A stretch of 64,000 nt of DNA from Candidatus Omnitrophota bacterium (GCA_041651115.1 JBAZJY010000001.1:5165-69164), one strand, 5' to 3'. Numbered from the stretch's first letter, positions 18,781 to 28,675 are shown. Made by a program: numbers and translations. Notes: generated from the letters alone by a model not told the origin.

Positions 18781-19167
18781 ATGGAAAAGAAGAAGATCCT
18801 TGTAGTGGACGATGAGCCCGATTTCTTGAAGATCATCAAGATACGGCTTGAGTCCGACGGCTATGAAACATTGCTTTGCGACAATGGCAAAGACGCCCTC
18901 AACATCATAAAAAAAGACAAGCCGGATGCGGTGCTGCTGGACATATTGATGCCGGAGCTAGACGGGCTTGAGGTTTTAAGGACGATCAGGAAACAGGATA
19001 AGAACCTGCCGGTGTTTATTATTACCGCTTTTTCTAATAATGAGCGGTTTGAGCTGGCAAAAAAATTCAACGCCTCCGGTTTTATCGTCAAGACAAGCGA
19101 TCTTGGGGAAGAAATCGGCAACATCAATAGTTTTTTAAGGCTGGCGGACAATTATAAAAAGAAATAG
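18781..19167 (+). CDS. Stand-alone response-regulator receiver domain (CheY-like).
   Basis: ILVVDDEPD, phospho-acceptor LDILMP, FIITA and K in FIVK. AGGAGG RBS. Confidence 0.9.
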   Translation: MEKKKILVVDDEPDFLKIIKIRLESDGYETLLCDNGKDALNIIKKDKPDAVLLDILMPELDGLEVLRTIRKQDKNLPVFIITAFSNNERFELAKKFNASGFIVKTSDLGEEIGNINSFLRLADNYKKK

Positions 19168-19233
19168 TTGAAATTTCCCGCTGTCCTGCTTATACTGCTC
19201 ATAAGGCAATAACCGACTGGAGGGTAGTTTTAA

Positions 19234-19722
19234 ATGTGCCCGGAAAACAAAAACGGAATAAAGATATCAGGCCTGCTTAAGGAGAAATTCATCAGCTTGG
19301 ATTTGGAGGCCCGGACAAAGAACGAGGCGATTGCCGAGCTGGCCGGCCTGATCGCCCAATCCAAAAAACTGAAAAATAAAAAGGCCTTTTTTGAAGCGAT
19401 CATGGAGCGCGAGGCGCTTGGCTCAACCGGGATCGGAGACGGCATTGCCATCCCGCATGCCAAAACAAAAGTTACCAAGGGCTTTATCCTCGCGTTTGCC
19501 CGTTCAGCCGCGGGTATAGACTTCGGCGCGTTAGACGGAGAAATGACTTATCTTTTTTTCATCCTCGCTTCCCCCAAAGAAGAAGTGGGCACTCACCTGA
19601 AGATCCTGGCTGATATTTCCCATTTGGTAAAAGATAAGTTCATTATCGGCCTGCTTAAAAAAGCCAGGGATAAAAAAGAAATATTGAAGATCATCTTCAA
19701 TGCTGAAAAACAACGCGGCTGA
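19234..19722 (+). CDS. ptsN: PTS EIIA(Ntr)-type nitrogen regulatory protein.
   Basis: PTS EIIA type-2 fold with the active-site region GIGDGIAIPHAK. Confidence 0.8.
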   Translation: MCPENKNGIKISGLLKEKFISLDLEARTKNEAIAELAGLIAQSKKLKNKKAFFEAIMEREALGSTGIGDGIAIPHAKTKVTKGFILAFARSAAGIDFGALDGEMTYLFFILASPKEEVGTHLKILADISHLVKDKFIIGLLKKARDKKEILKIIFNAEKQRG

Positions 19723-19726
19723 TAAC

Positions 19727-20902
19727 ATGCGGATAATAAAGGGCGTATTTTTATTCGCGGTCTTGGCGTTTTCCTGTTTCCTGCCGGAAGCCTCCTGCCA
19801 ACCGGAAAGCCAGCGCACGCTTTACGTTTTCCATTCTCCCGGATGCCATAAATGCCTCAAAGCAAAAAACGAGACCATCCCCGCGGTAGAAAAAAAATTC
19901 AAAGGCGTATTCTCCGTAGAATACTTTGACATCAGCGAAATGGCCGGTTATGAAATGATGCTTGGGCTTCGGGATAAGTTCAGCCCGGGGTTAAAGATAG
20001 AGGTCCCGGTATTTTTCATGAACGGGAAAATGCTCAGCGGCGCTAACCTTACGCAGCTGTCGCTTGAGGATTTTATCGTATCTGCCGTAGCCGTGCCGGC
20101 CACCCCCGCAGGCCCGCTTATGCAAACCAGCCTGATGGAGCGCTTTAAGGGGATAAAGCTGGCCACGATCGTTAGCCTCGGGCTTGTCGACGGAATAAAT
20201 CCCTGCGCCTTCACGGTGATCGTGTTTTTTATTTCTTTCCTGGCCCTGCAGGGCTACGTTAAAAGGGAACTGGCTGTCATCGGGTCTTGTTTTATACTGG
20301 CCGTATTCATTACGTATATATTGATCGGGCTGGGCGCGTTCACTTTCCTTTACCGTTTAAGGGAGTTTTGGCTTATTTCCCGGCTGATAAATTACAGCGT
20401 CGGCTCATTCAGCATTGCCGTAGGTTGCCTGGCGCTGTATGACTATTTTAAATTTAAAAAGACCGGGCAGACCGAAGGCCTTAAGCTTCAACTGCCCAAA
20501 GCCGTTAAGGATCAGATACATAAAGTGATCGCCGGGACTTACCGGGTGAATAAAAATTCGCCTTCCGGCATTAACAAGCGCCGCATTGGCGCGTTGATCA
20601 TCAGCGCCCTTGCCACCGGATTTTTGGTCACCTTGCTTGAAGCGGTCTGCACCGGCCAGACTTATCTTCCGACGCTAACCTTCATTTTAAAGACCACTTC
20701 CCTCAAAGCCCATGCCCTGGCTTATTTGTTGATCTATAATCTGATGTTTATCCTGCCGCTGGCAGTAATACTTATTCTCGCTTTATTGGGAGCAACTTCA
20801 GAGCAATTCGCAGGTTTCCTTAAAAAACATCTCTTGAAGATAAAGTTCCTGATGGCAGCCTTATTTTTTGCCTTAGGCATCTTTTTATTCTGGAGGGCTT
20901 GA
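19727..20902 (+). CDS. Thiol:disulfide interchange membrane protein: N-terminal thioredoxin-like CxxC domain fused to a CcdA/DsbD-type transmembrane domain.
   Basis: Signal peptide, then FHSPGCHKC. TM core with VDGINPCAF and CTGQTY Cys motifs typical of CcdA/DsbD. I prefer the internal ATG at 19727 over the track's 19700. Confidence 0.75.
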   Translation: MRIIKGVFLFAVLAFSCFLPEASCQPESQRTLYVFHSPGCHKCLKAKNETIPAVEKKFKGVFSVEYFDISEMAGYEMMLGLRDKFSPGLKIEVPVFFMNGKMLSGANLTQLSLEDFIVSAVAVPATPAGPLMQTSLMERFKGIKLATIVSLGLVDGINPCAFTVIVFFISFLALQGYVKRELAVIGSCFILAVFITYILIGLGAFTFLYRLREFWLISRLINYSVGSFSIAVGCLALYDYFKFKKTGQTEGLKLQLPKAVKDQIHKVIAGTYRVNKNSPSGINKRRIGALIISALATGFLVTLLEAVCTGQTYLPTLTFILKTTSLKAHALAYLLIYNLMFILPLAVILILALLGATSEQFAGFLKKHLLKIKFLMAALFFALGIFLFWRA

Positions 20903-21330
20903 TGGTAAAACGTCCGGCTGCTTTTTTATTCCTATTTTTATTTTTGGCATGTTGTTGTACGGCAGTTGCTGATTCCGGCGGAGAAAATGAAACAACCTGG
21001 GATTTTGGCAAGGTCAAGGCAGGCGATGTTGTCAAACATGACTTTGTGATCAAGAATGATTCGGCCGATATTTTGCGGATAAAAGAGATCAATAGTTCCT
21101 GCGGCTGTACGGTATCGCGGATAAAAAAAATGGTCATTAAGCCCGGAGAATCCACGGTCATTGAAGTAAAGCTTAACAGCAAGGGTTATAGCGGCAAGAT
21201 AAAACAGTTTATTTATGTGTCTACCGATAATCTTGACAAGCCGGTGATCCGGTATATAATAGAAGCGGAAGTCATAGACAGGCTTGAAAATCCCAAATTA
21301 CAAACCCCTAATCCTAGAAAATCCCGCTAA
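20899..21330 (+). CDS. DUF1573-domain secreted protein.
   Basis: WDFGKVKAGDVVKHDFVIKNDSADILRI...SCGCT... fits the DUF1573 pattern. ATGA overlap with the upstream gene. Confidence 0.7.
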   Translation: MMVKRPAAFLFLFLFLACCCTAVADSGGENETTWDFGKVKAGDVVKHDFVIKNDSADILRIKEINSSCGCTVSRIKKMVIKPGESTVIEVKLNSKGYSGKIKQFIYVSTDNLDKPVIRYIIEAEVIDRLENPKLQTPNPRKSR

Positions 21331-21354
21331 TTTATCGTAACGGAGGTAAATAAA

Positions 21355-22332
21355 ATGTTCTTCCTGAACTTACGCATGTGGTTTCTGGTCGCGGTGCTCT
21401 TTAGCATAGTTTACGCGGTCATTGTTATGGCCGGCACGTACCTGGGCATCGGCAATTTCTATTTTTATCTTGGCGTATCGCTGGCAATGATGCTTATCCA
21501 GTATTTTATCGGCCCGAAGATCGTGGAATGGTCAATGCGCGTGCGCTACATCAAAAAAGAAGAGCATCCGGAATTATTCCGCATGGTCCAGGATCTGTCC
21601 CGGCGCGCAAATATCCCCATGCCCAGGATCGGAGTAGCGCAGATCGCCCTTCCGAACGCTTTCGCGTTTGGAAGAAGCATCCGCGACGGCAGGGTGTGCG
21701 TTACCGAAGGCATACTGCGGCTGTTGAATGAAGAAGAACTTAGGGCGGTGCTCGGGCATGAATTGACCCATCTAAAAAACCGCGATGTCCTGACGATTAC
21801 CGTCCTTTCGGTGATCCCGATGATCCTATACCGCGTTGCCTGGCATTTTCTTTTTTATGGCCGCAGGCGCGATGATCGCGGTGGTAATACCGTATTGATC
21901 GGCTTGGCGGCGTTCATTTTTTATTTCATCACTAATCTGCTCGTGCTTTATGCTTCGCGGATCAGGGAATATTTTGCCGATCGCGGTTCTGTAGCTTTAG
22001 GCAATAAGCCCCAGGCTTTGGCATCTAGTCTCTACAAGCTCGTTTACGGGGCTGCGCGCATGGATAAAGAATCCCTGCGGGAGTCGGAAGGGCTAAAGGC
22101 ATTTTTCGTCAATGACCCTTCGCGGGCAATGAAAGAGATCAGGGACCTGCGGCAGCTAGACATTGACAAGAGCGGCACGATTGATACCGCGGAGCTGGAA
22201 ACCTTAAGGAACAAAGCCGTAAAATTGGGCGCAGGGGACAGGATAATGGAATTGCTCAGTACGCATCCCAATATGTTAAAGCGGATCAAGCGGCTTTCCG
22301 AATATAGGAGCGGGCAGGGTCAAGAAATGTAA
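21355..22332 (+). CDS. htpX: M48-family zinc metalloprotease, HtpX-like.
   Basis: Multiple TM helices, HELTHLKNRD (HExxH), downstream E for the third ligand, and C-terminal NMLKRIKRL. Confidence 0.85.
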   Translation: MFFLNLRMWFLVAVLFSIVYAVIVMAGTYLGIGNFYFYLGVSLAMMLIQYFIGPKIVEWSMRVRYIKKEEHPELFRMVQDLSRRANIPMPRIGVAQIALPNAFAFGRSIRDGRVCVTEGILRLLNEEELRAVLGHELTHLKNRDVLTITVLSVIPMILYRVAWHFLFYGRRRDDRGGNTVLIGLAAFIFYFITNLLVLYASRIREYFADRGSVALGNKPQALASSLYKLVYGAARMDKESLRESEGLKAFFVNDPSRAMKEIRDLRQLDIDKSGTIDTAELETLRNKAVKLGAGDRIMELLSTHPNMLKRIKRLSEYRSGQGQEM

Positions 22333-22364
22333 GTCTCTGTTTTTCAATGAGTTATATTCCAGCC

Positions 22365-22393
22365 TTGACAAAGTCCATATCTTGGTGTATACT
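22365..22393 (+). promoter_or_regulatory. Sigma70-type promoter: TTGACA, 17-nt spacer, TATACT.
   Basis: Consensus -35 at 22365-22370 and -10 at 22388-22393. Confidence 0.6.
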
Positions 22394-22407
22394 TAATACA
22401 CTCATAT

Positions 22408-22500
22408 TCCGAAAAGGCAAACCTACTGAAAGGTAGGGACCCCGCCAGTTACAAGCGCGGTTGGTGGGTCCCTCGAAGCCCATAGTATAAGGTGGCTGGC
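22408..22500 (+). ncRNA. Candidate c-di-GMP-I (GEMM-like) riboswitch aptamer in the 5' leader of the HD-GYP gene.
   Basis: AAAGGCAAACC-UACU-GAAA-GGUAG-GGAC closely matches the GEMM-I 5' half (GGCAAACC, GAAA-capped P1 hairpin, GGGAC). A second hairpin follows, GGGACCCCGCC...GGUGGGUCCC. The conserved ACGCAAAGCC segment is absent. Confidence 0.4.
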
Positions 22501-22604
22501 TTTGAGGGAGCAAAGCTACGGATCTAAAGAAAAGAGGAAAATCTTTTGATCGCCGGGCTACCGAAGACAAATCTCTAGTTGATTGAACCGGACTTAACCG
22601 GATA

Positions 22605-22656
22605 AAACCGGAAGGCCCGGTTTTTACTTTAGCGGCCCTAAAGCAGCCGCTAAAGT
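22605..22656 (+). terminator. Leader terminator/expression platform: hairpin aaaccgg-aaggc-ccggttt plus a T run, then a second hairpin ctttagcggc/gccgctaaag.
   Basis: 7-bp GC stem followed by TTTTT at 22620-22625. A perfect 10-bp inverted repeat lies at 22627-22655. Both sit upstream of the gene starting at 22719. Confidence 0.55.
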
Positions 22657-22718
22657 ATTTCGCTGGACATAATTTACGTTAGGCTGGTGCTCAATTTTTA
22701 CAACAAGAGGATGGCAAC

Positions 22719-24374
22719 GTGGTCGCAGGAAAAATCAACTCTCTGGACATCATCAAGGGCATAGGCGCGGGGCTCTGCCTCCTGGATAAGAACCTGCGCA
22801 TTGTTTGGGTCAATAAATGCCAGGCAGAATGGTTTGGCGAGCTTGATGATATCCGCGGCAAGCACTGCTATAAGTTATTTGAACACCGTAATCATCCCTG
22901 CCGGGGCTGCCCGGCCTTAAAGGTTTTTAAGGATGGAAAAGTGCATAAAGCCGTAAGGATCGGCAAAAAGATCGACGGGACCAGCCAACACGCGCAATTG
23001 ACTGTCAGCCCGATCAAAGATAACCGTAATCGCGTAGAATACGCGCTTGAGGTCATACAGGATATCAGCGAGCAGGTCGAACGGGAAAGAAAGAGCAACC
23101 GGATGACGCGTAAATTACAGCGCATCCAGCACCGCTTGTCCGGGGCAAACCGCAGGCTGCATAACAGCATCTTGCGCCTCAAGGAGATCACCAGGGACGA
23201 GCTGCAGCATAATCACCTCCTGCATAAAAAATACCTGCAGAGTAAAGACAGACTGGATACCGTAAAGAAAGAGCTGCAGGATATTTTTAAAGTTAACCGC
23301 ACGATTTCCGCTTCAGCCGACGCCGAAAAGACCTTTTCCATGATCACGCGTTCAATCTGCGAGCTGATGAATACGGATTGCTGCGTGCTGCGCATTATTG
23401 ATGAAGAAAAAAAAGCGCTGACCGCGGCTGCCAGTTACGGCATACACAACGGCCTCAAAAGAAATCTCTTGGACGTCAAACTCGGAGACGGGATAAGCGG
23501 CAGGGCGGCGTTGGCGCGCAAGCCCGTAGTGATCAATGACCTGGGCAGGAAATCCGGGGTAAAATATCGCGACAAGAACGCGCGCGCTAAATACCGGGAA
23601 TTGGCGCAAAGCTTAGGCTTGCAGTCAATGATTTCCGTGCCGGTGATCTTTGACGGAAAAATGCTCGGCGTGATCTCAACCTATTCGCGCCGGAACCGCT
23701 GTTTTGAAGATGACGAAGTCAGGGTTTTGAGCATCTTCGCTTCGCAGATCGCCATCGCCATGCATGAATCAAAGCATTTTGAAGAGATCCATCAGAATTA
23801 TTTCAATACCATACATGCGCTGGTGCGCGCCATTGAAGCGCGCGACCCTTATACGCGCGGCCACACCGAAAGGGTAACAAAATACGCGGTTGAATTCGGC
23901 CGCAGCCTTAAATTGCCGGAATCCCAGATCGAGATCCTGCGCTATGCCAGCGAAGTGCACGACGTGGGAAAGATCAGCATCCCGGATTTTATCCTGAACA
24001 AACCCGGTAAGCTTACTCCTTCGGAAAGGGCAATGATCGAGCTGCATCCGGTAAAGGGCGCGGAAATGCTTGAGCCGTTGGAATTCCTTAACCCGGCAAT
24101 ACCGATCGTGCGCCACCATCATGAGCGCTACGACGGCACCGGCTATCCGGATGGATTGGAAAAAGACGATATCCCGCTTTTATCGCGCATCCTTGCCTGC
24201 GCAGATTCTTTTGACGCGATGACTTCCGAACGCCCGTACCGCAGGAGAAAGCTCAATATTGAGCAGGCGATCATGGAAATCAAGAATAACTTCGGCTCGC
24301 AATTTGACCCACGCATTGCCCAGCGTTTTATCAGGACGCTGCGCGCTCACCCCGTTTTCAAAGCCCTTAATTAA
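22719..24374 (+). CDS. PAS/GAF-domain HD-GYP c-di-GMP phosphodiesterase.
   Basis: GTG start with AAGAGG RBS. Coiled coil, GAF-like region, HD domain (...HDVGKI...) and the HHERYDGTGYPDGL (HD-GYP) motif. Confidence 0.85.
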   Translation: MVAGKINSLDIIKGIGAGLCLLDKNLRIVWVNKCQAEWFGELDDIRGKHCYKLFEHRNHPCRGCPALKVFKDGKVHKAVRIGKKIDGTSQHAQLTVSPIKDNRNRVEYALEVIQDISEQVERERKSNRMTRKLQRIQHRLSGANRRLHNSILRLKEITRDELQHNHLLHKKYLQSKDRLDTVKKELQDIFKVNRTISASADAEKTFSMITRSICELMNTDCCVLRIIDEEKKALTAAASYGIHNGLKRNLLDVKLGDGISGRAALARKPVVINDLGRKSGVKYRDKNARAKYRELAQSLGLQSMISVPVIFDGKMLGVISTYSRRNRCFEDDEVRVLSIFASQIAIAMHESKHFEEIHQNYFNTIHALVRAIEARDPYTRGHTERVTKYAVEFGRSLKLPESQIEILRYASEVHDVGKISIPDFILNKPGKLTPSERAMIELHPVKGAEMLEPLEFLNPAIPIVRHHHERYDGTGYPDGLEKDDIPLLSRILACADSFDAMTSERPYRRRKLNIEQAIMEIKNNFGSQFDPRIAQRFIRTLRAHPVFKALN

Positions 24375-24468
24375 CGCCAAATACCCCTCTTTAAAAAGTT
24401 TGACAGCCTCTGAATTCTCGTATATAATTGACAGATTGAATGGTTACGTTAATTAATAGGATAACCCT

Positions 24469-25911
24469 ATGGAATTAAACGAGATTATACAACAAAAGCA
24501 GGAAAAACTTGCTTCTTTAGAAGCCAAGGGCGTGCCGGTTTATGGCGCTGCCCCGGCAGGCAGAAGCGACATCGCCGCTATATTGGCGGATTTTAAAGAA
24601 GGGGCAAATGTAACTGTCTGCGGCAGGCTGATGGCAAAGCGCTTGCACGGCAAGGTCATTTTCTGCGACTTAAGGGATTCTACCGGAAGGATCCAGCTTT
24701 ATATCAAGGCTGACATTGTAGGTAAGGAATTATTTTCTTTGCTTGATGATGTGGAAGTCGCCGATATTGCCAGCGTAAAGGGAGAGTTGTTTAAGACCCA
24801 TACCGGAGAGCCTACGGTCAAAGTAGTAGAATTTGTCCTGTTGTCTAAGGCGCTGCGGCCTTTACCGGAGAAATGGCACGGCCTTAAGGACGTAGAGGTG
24901 CGTTACCGGCAGCGTTATCTTGATTTGATCTCAAACGAAGAAGTTAAAAAAGTATTCTTGACGCGCTCAAAGATCATCCGCGCGATCAGGAATTTCCTTG
25001 ATACAAAAGGGTTCATTGAAGTTGAGACTCCGATGATGCATTCGGTGCCAGGCGGCGCGGCAGGCAGGCCGTTTGTCACGCACCATAATGAATACGATAT
25101 GGACCTCTACCTGCGCATTGCTCCGGAATTATACCTTAAGCGCTTAGTCGTCGGCGGTATGGACAGGGTCTATGAAATAAACCGCAGTTTCCGCAATGAA
25201 GGGGTTTCTACAAGGCATAATCCGGAATTTACCATGCTGGAAGTTTATGAGGCGTATTCCGATTATCAGGGAATGATGCGGCTCTGCGAAGAGTTATTCA
25301 CGCATGTGGCAAAAGAAGTATTGGGCCAGGCAAGTTTTGAATATCAGGGCAGGACAGTGGATCTGGCAATTCCCTGGCAAAAACGTTCGTTCTTTGAGAT
25401 CGTCAGGGATAAATTCGGCATACTTCCTTCGGATACTGCCGAGGCAATGTTGAAAAAGTTACACGACAAGGGCTTTGCCAAAGACGCGAACCGGCTCACC
25501 CGCTCGCAGATCGCCAAGATCATTGAGGATTTGCTTGAGCAGGAGATGAGCGCGGGCCCGACTTTTGTCACTGATTATTTCGCGAGCATGTGCCCGCTGG
25601 CAAAGAACCGTCCGGATAACCCGCTGATTTCCGAAAGGTTTGAATTATACGTCGCAGGCATGGAAGTCGGAAATGCCTATTCGGAGCTGAATAATCCGAT
25701 TGAGCAGAAGAAGCGTTTTGAAGAAGAAATAAAAGAGATCAAGCCGGAAGAGAAAAAAGCAGTGGACGAAGATTACGTGCTGGCGCTGGAGCACGCCATG
25801 CCTCCTGCCGGGGGGCTGGGTATAGGCATAGACCGACTGGTAATGCTTTTTACCAATCAGCCTTCGATCAGGGACGTGATCTTGTTCCCGCTCTTAAGGA
25901 ATATTGAGTAG
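24469..25911 (+). CDS. lysS: Lysyl-tRNA synthetase, class II.
   Basis: OB-fold N-terminus, class II motifs (FRNEG...NPEFTMLE, GGLGIGIDRLVM). TTGACA/TATATAAT promoter-like elements at 24398-24430. Confidence 0.93.
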   Translation: MELNEIIQQKQEKLASLEAKGVPVYGAAPAGRSDIAAILADFKEGANVTVCGRLMAKRLHGKVIFCDLRDSTGRIQLYIKADIVGKELFSLLDDVEVADIASVKGELFKTHTGEPTVKVVEFVLLSKALRPLPEKWHGLKDVEVRYRQRYLDLISNEEVKKVFLTRSKIIRAIRNFLDTKGFIEVETPMMHSVPGGAAGRPFVTHHNEYDMDLYLRIAPELYLKRLVVGGMDRVYEINRSFRNEGVSTRHNPEFTMLEVYEAYSDYQGMMRLCEELFTHVAKEVLGQASFEYQGRTVDLAIPWQKRSFFEIVRDKFGILPSDTAEAMLKKLHDKGFAKDANRLTRSQIAKIIEDLLEQEMSAGPTFVTDYFASMCPLAKNRPDNPLISERFELYVAGMEVGNAYSELNNPIEQKKRFEEEIKEIKPEEKKAVDEDYVLALEHAMPPAGGLGIGIDRLVMLFTNQPSIRDVILFPLLRNIE

Positions 25912-27102
25912 ATGCGCGCGGAATTATTCATCAGCTGGCGGTATCTTGTTACCAAACGCAAAGAAAAATTTATTTCCCTGATCAGTTTTATATCGGTGGC
26001 AGGCATTGCCATCGGCGTAACCGCGCTGATCGTAGTAATCGCGGTAATGACCGGTTTTGACCGCGACCTACGCGATAAGATCGTGGGGAATTTTTCGCAT
26101 ATCACGATCACCGGCTTTAAGGGCATCAATGAGCCGGAATACGACGGCCTGCTAAAAAAAATTGCGCCTAATTCTCACGTGAAAGGCGTCAGCCCGAGCG
26201 TGCAGGGCCAGGTGCTCTTAAAAGAAGGGAACAGGTTTTTTGCCGTAGCCTTAAAAGGCATTGAGCCTTATACCGAGCCGCAGGTTACAAAGATTGACAA
26301 GTATATTACTGCCGGTTCCCTTGATGCGCTGGGCAAAGAAGGCATTATCATCGGCAGCGAACTTGCCGCGTACCTGGGGATAAAACTTGGTTCGGCGATC
26401 ACGGTCTATTCGCCCACGGGCAAGCAGTTCAAATTGAATGTCGCGGGGATCTTCAATTCCGGGATGTACGACTACGATTTGAACCTTACTTTTGTGCAGA
26501 TAAAGACCGCGCAGGAATTACTGGGCATGGCAGGCCAGTTTACCGCCGTATCCGTTAAGCTGGATGACCTTTACCTGGCGGATAAGGTCAGGGATGAGCT
26601 GGTTTCCGTTTTAAGCTATGATTACAGCCTGAAGACCTGGACGGAAACAAACCAGAATTTTTTTGCCGCGCTCAAGCTTGAAAAATTGGCGATGTTCGTT
26701 ATCCTGACGCTGGTCATCCTTGTGGCGTCGTTTAACATTATCAGCACGCTGATCGTGCTGGTGGTGGACAAGACCAAGGATATCGGTATTTTGAAATCCA
26801 TCGGCATGTCGAGCAGCCAGATCAGGAATATTTTTACTTTAGAAGGATTTATCATCGGCGGCTTGGGTACGTTCTTGGGCGCAGCAGGAGGGATTGGCCT
26901 CTGCAGTTTGCTTAAGAAATACCAGTTCATCAAACTGCCGCAGGATATTTATTATATTGACCGGCTGCCCGTAGCCATAGAGCTTTGGCCGGATATCGCG
27001 CTGATTGTTTTGGCGGCGATGGTAATCACAATGATCTCTACGATCTATCCGGCTGCCAAGGCAGCGGGATTAAAACCCGTAGAGGCATTAAGGTACGAAT
27101 AG
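25912..27102 (+). CDS. lolE: Lipoprotein-release ABC permease (LolC/LolE family, FtsX-like).
   Basis: TM helix 1, large periplasmic loop, 3 C-terminal TM helices, and an ALRYE tail typical of LolC/E. Confidence 0.85.
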   Translation: MRAELFISWRYLVTKRKEKFISLISFISVAGIAIGVTALIVVIAVMTGFDRDLRDKIVGNFSHITITGFKGINEPEYDGLLKKIAPNSHVKGVSPSVQGQVLLKEGNRFFAVALKGIEPYTEPQVTKIDKYITAGSLDALGKEGIIIGSELAAYLGIKLGSAITVYSPTGKQFKLNVAGIFNSGMYDYDLNLTFVQIKTAQELLGMAGQFTAVSVKLDDLYLADKVRDELVSVLSYDYSLKTWTETNQNFFAALKLEKLAMFVILTLVILVASFNIISTLIVLVVDKTKDIGILKSIGMSSSQIRNIFTLEGFIIGGLGTFLGAAGGIGLCSLLKKYQFIKLPQDIYYIDRLPVAIELWPDIALIVLAAMVITMISTIYPAAKAAGLKPVEALRYE

Positions 27103-27108
27103 GCCATA

Positions 27109-27786
27109 ATGATCTTAGAAGCAAAGGACATTCATAAGGTTTATAACGACGGCAGCAAAGTTGTGCCGGTGCTTAGGGGAGTAACCTTAAGCGTTAAAAA
27201 AGGCGGCTTTGTCGCGGTTACCGGGCCTTCGGGCGCGGGTAAATCTACCTTGCTGCATATTTTGGGCGGATTGGATTCTCCGACCAGCGGCAGCATCGCG
27301 TTTGAGGGAAAAGACCTTGCCAGGATAAGCGATAGCCGGCTCTGCCGGATAAGGAACAAGCAGATTGGTTTTGTGTTCCAATTCTATCACTTGCTGCCGG
27401 AGTTTACGGTTTTAGAGAATGTGTTGATGCCGGCATTGATCAGCCAGCAGCATGCATCTGCCGGCAGGCAGTTAAAAAAAGAGGCGCTAGGGCTTTTAGA
27501 AGGCGTAGGATTGAGCGAAAGGATTGCGCATTTTCCTTCCCAGCTTTCCGGAGGGGAAAAACAGCGCGTAGCGATCGCGCGCGCCTTGATCAATAAACCG
27601 GAGCTGCTTTTTTGCGATGAGCCGACAGGAAATCTTGATTCGGAATCCGGCAGCGGCATTGCCGCGTTGATCAAAAAGGTAAACCTGGAAAATAAAACAG
27701 CGGTTGTCCTGGTTACGCATAACCTTGAGCTGGCAAAATCAGCTGAGCGGGTGTATCATTTAAAAGACGGCGTGTTGGTCAATTAA
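27109..27786 (+). CDS. lolD: Lipoprotein-release ABC ATPase.
   Basis: Walker A GPSGAGKST, ABC signature LSGGEKQRVAIARAL, Walker B LLFCDEPTGNLD. Confidence 0.9.
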   Translation: MILEAKDIHKVYNDGSKVVPVLRGVTLSVKKGGFVAVTGPSGAGKSTLLHILGGLDSPTSGSIAFEGKDLARISDSRLCRIRNKQIGFVFQFYHLLPEFTVLENVLMPALISQQHASAGRQLKKEALGLLEGVGLSERIAHFPSQLSGGEKQRVAIARALINKPELLFCDEPTGNLDSESGSGIAALIKKVNLENKTAVVLVTHNLELAKSAERVYHLKDGVLVN

Positions 27787-27805
27787 CGTTAACGCGGGAG
27801 TAACT

Positions 27806-28675
27806 ATGAAGATCTATATCAACGGAAAATTCTATGAAAAACAGGACGCTAAGATATCCGTGTTTGACCACGGCCTTTTATACGGCGACGGGGTATTTGA
27901 GGGTATCCGTTCTTATGACCGTCTGGTATTCAAATTAAAAGAGCACATTGACCGGCTGTACGAGTCAGCGCATTCAATCATGCTCAAAGTCCCGTTGACC
28001 AAGGAGCAGATGATTAAAGCAGTGGTGGCTACGTTGAAAGCCAACGGCCTGGATGACGCTTATATCCGGCTGATCGTGACCCGCGGCGAAGGCGACCTGG
28101 GGCTTGACCCGCGCAAATGCACGGGGGGCCCGTCACTGATCATTATCGCCGATAAGATTAAGCTTTACCCGGAAAAACTCTATAAAGAAGGCCTGGAGAT
28201 CATGACCGTGCCGACGATCAGGAACCTGCCTGAGGCAGTGAACCCGCAGATCAAATCCCTGAATTACCTGAACAATATTCTGGCAAAGATCGAAGCGACA
28301 AATTCCGGATGCGAAGAAGCGATCATGCTGGATTCCCTCGGTTACGTTGCCGAATGCACGGGAGATAATATTTTCATCGTAAAAGACAGCCATCTTTATA
28401 CGCCGCCGCAATGCATGGGCAGCCTGCGCGGGATCACTCGCGACGCGGTGATTGAGATCGGCCGCAAGAGCAAGAACCCGGTGCATGAACACGTGCTTAC
28501 GCGCCATGAGCTTTTTATTTCCGATGAATGTTTCCTTACCGGCACAGCCGCGGAGATCATCCCGGTGGTAAAAGTTGACGGCCGCGTGATCGGTTCGGGC
28601 AAGCCCGGCAAGCTCACGCTCAGCCTGATGAAAAAATTTAAAGAAATGACCAGGCGGGAAGGAGTAAGGTATTAA
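27806..28675 (+). CDS. ilvE: Class-IV aminotransferase (branched-chain amino acid / D-amino acid aminotransferase).
   Basis: 289 aa. FDHGLLYGDGVFEGIRSY and the E..T..N.F motif typical of fold-type IV. Confidence 0.8.
   Translation: MKIYINGKFYEKQDAKISVFDHGLLYGDGVFEGIRSYDRLVFKLKEHIDRLYESAHSIMLKVPLTKEQMIKAVVATLKANGLDDAYIRLIVTRGEGDLGLDPRKCTGGPSLIIIADKIKLYPEKLYKEGLEIMTVPTIRNLPEAVNPQIKSLNYLNNILAKIEATNSGCEEAIMLDSLGYVAECTGDNIFIVKDSHLYTPPQCMGSLRGITRDAVIEIGRKSKNPVHEHVLTRHELFISDECFLTGTAAEIIPVVKVDGRVIGSGKPGKLTLSLMKKFKEMTRREGVRY

Noticed and set aside
22711-22713. ATG just upstream of the HD-GYP gene as the start codon.
   Set aside because: It is out of frame with the long ORF. The in-frame GTG at 22719 with an AAGAGG RBS fits better.
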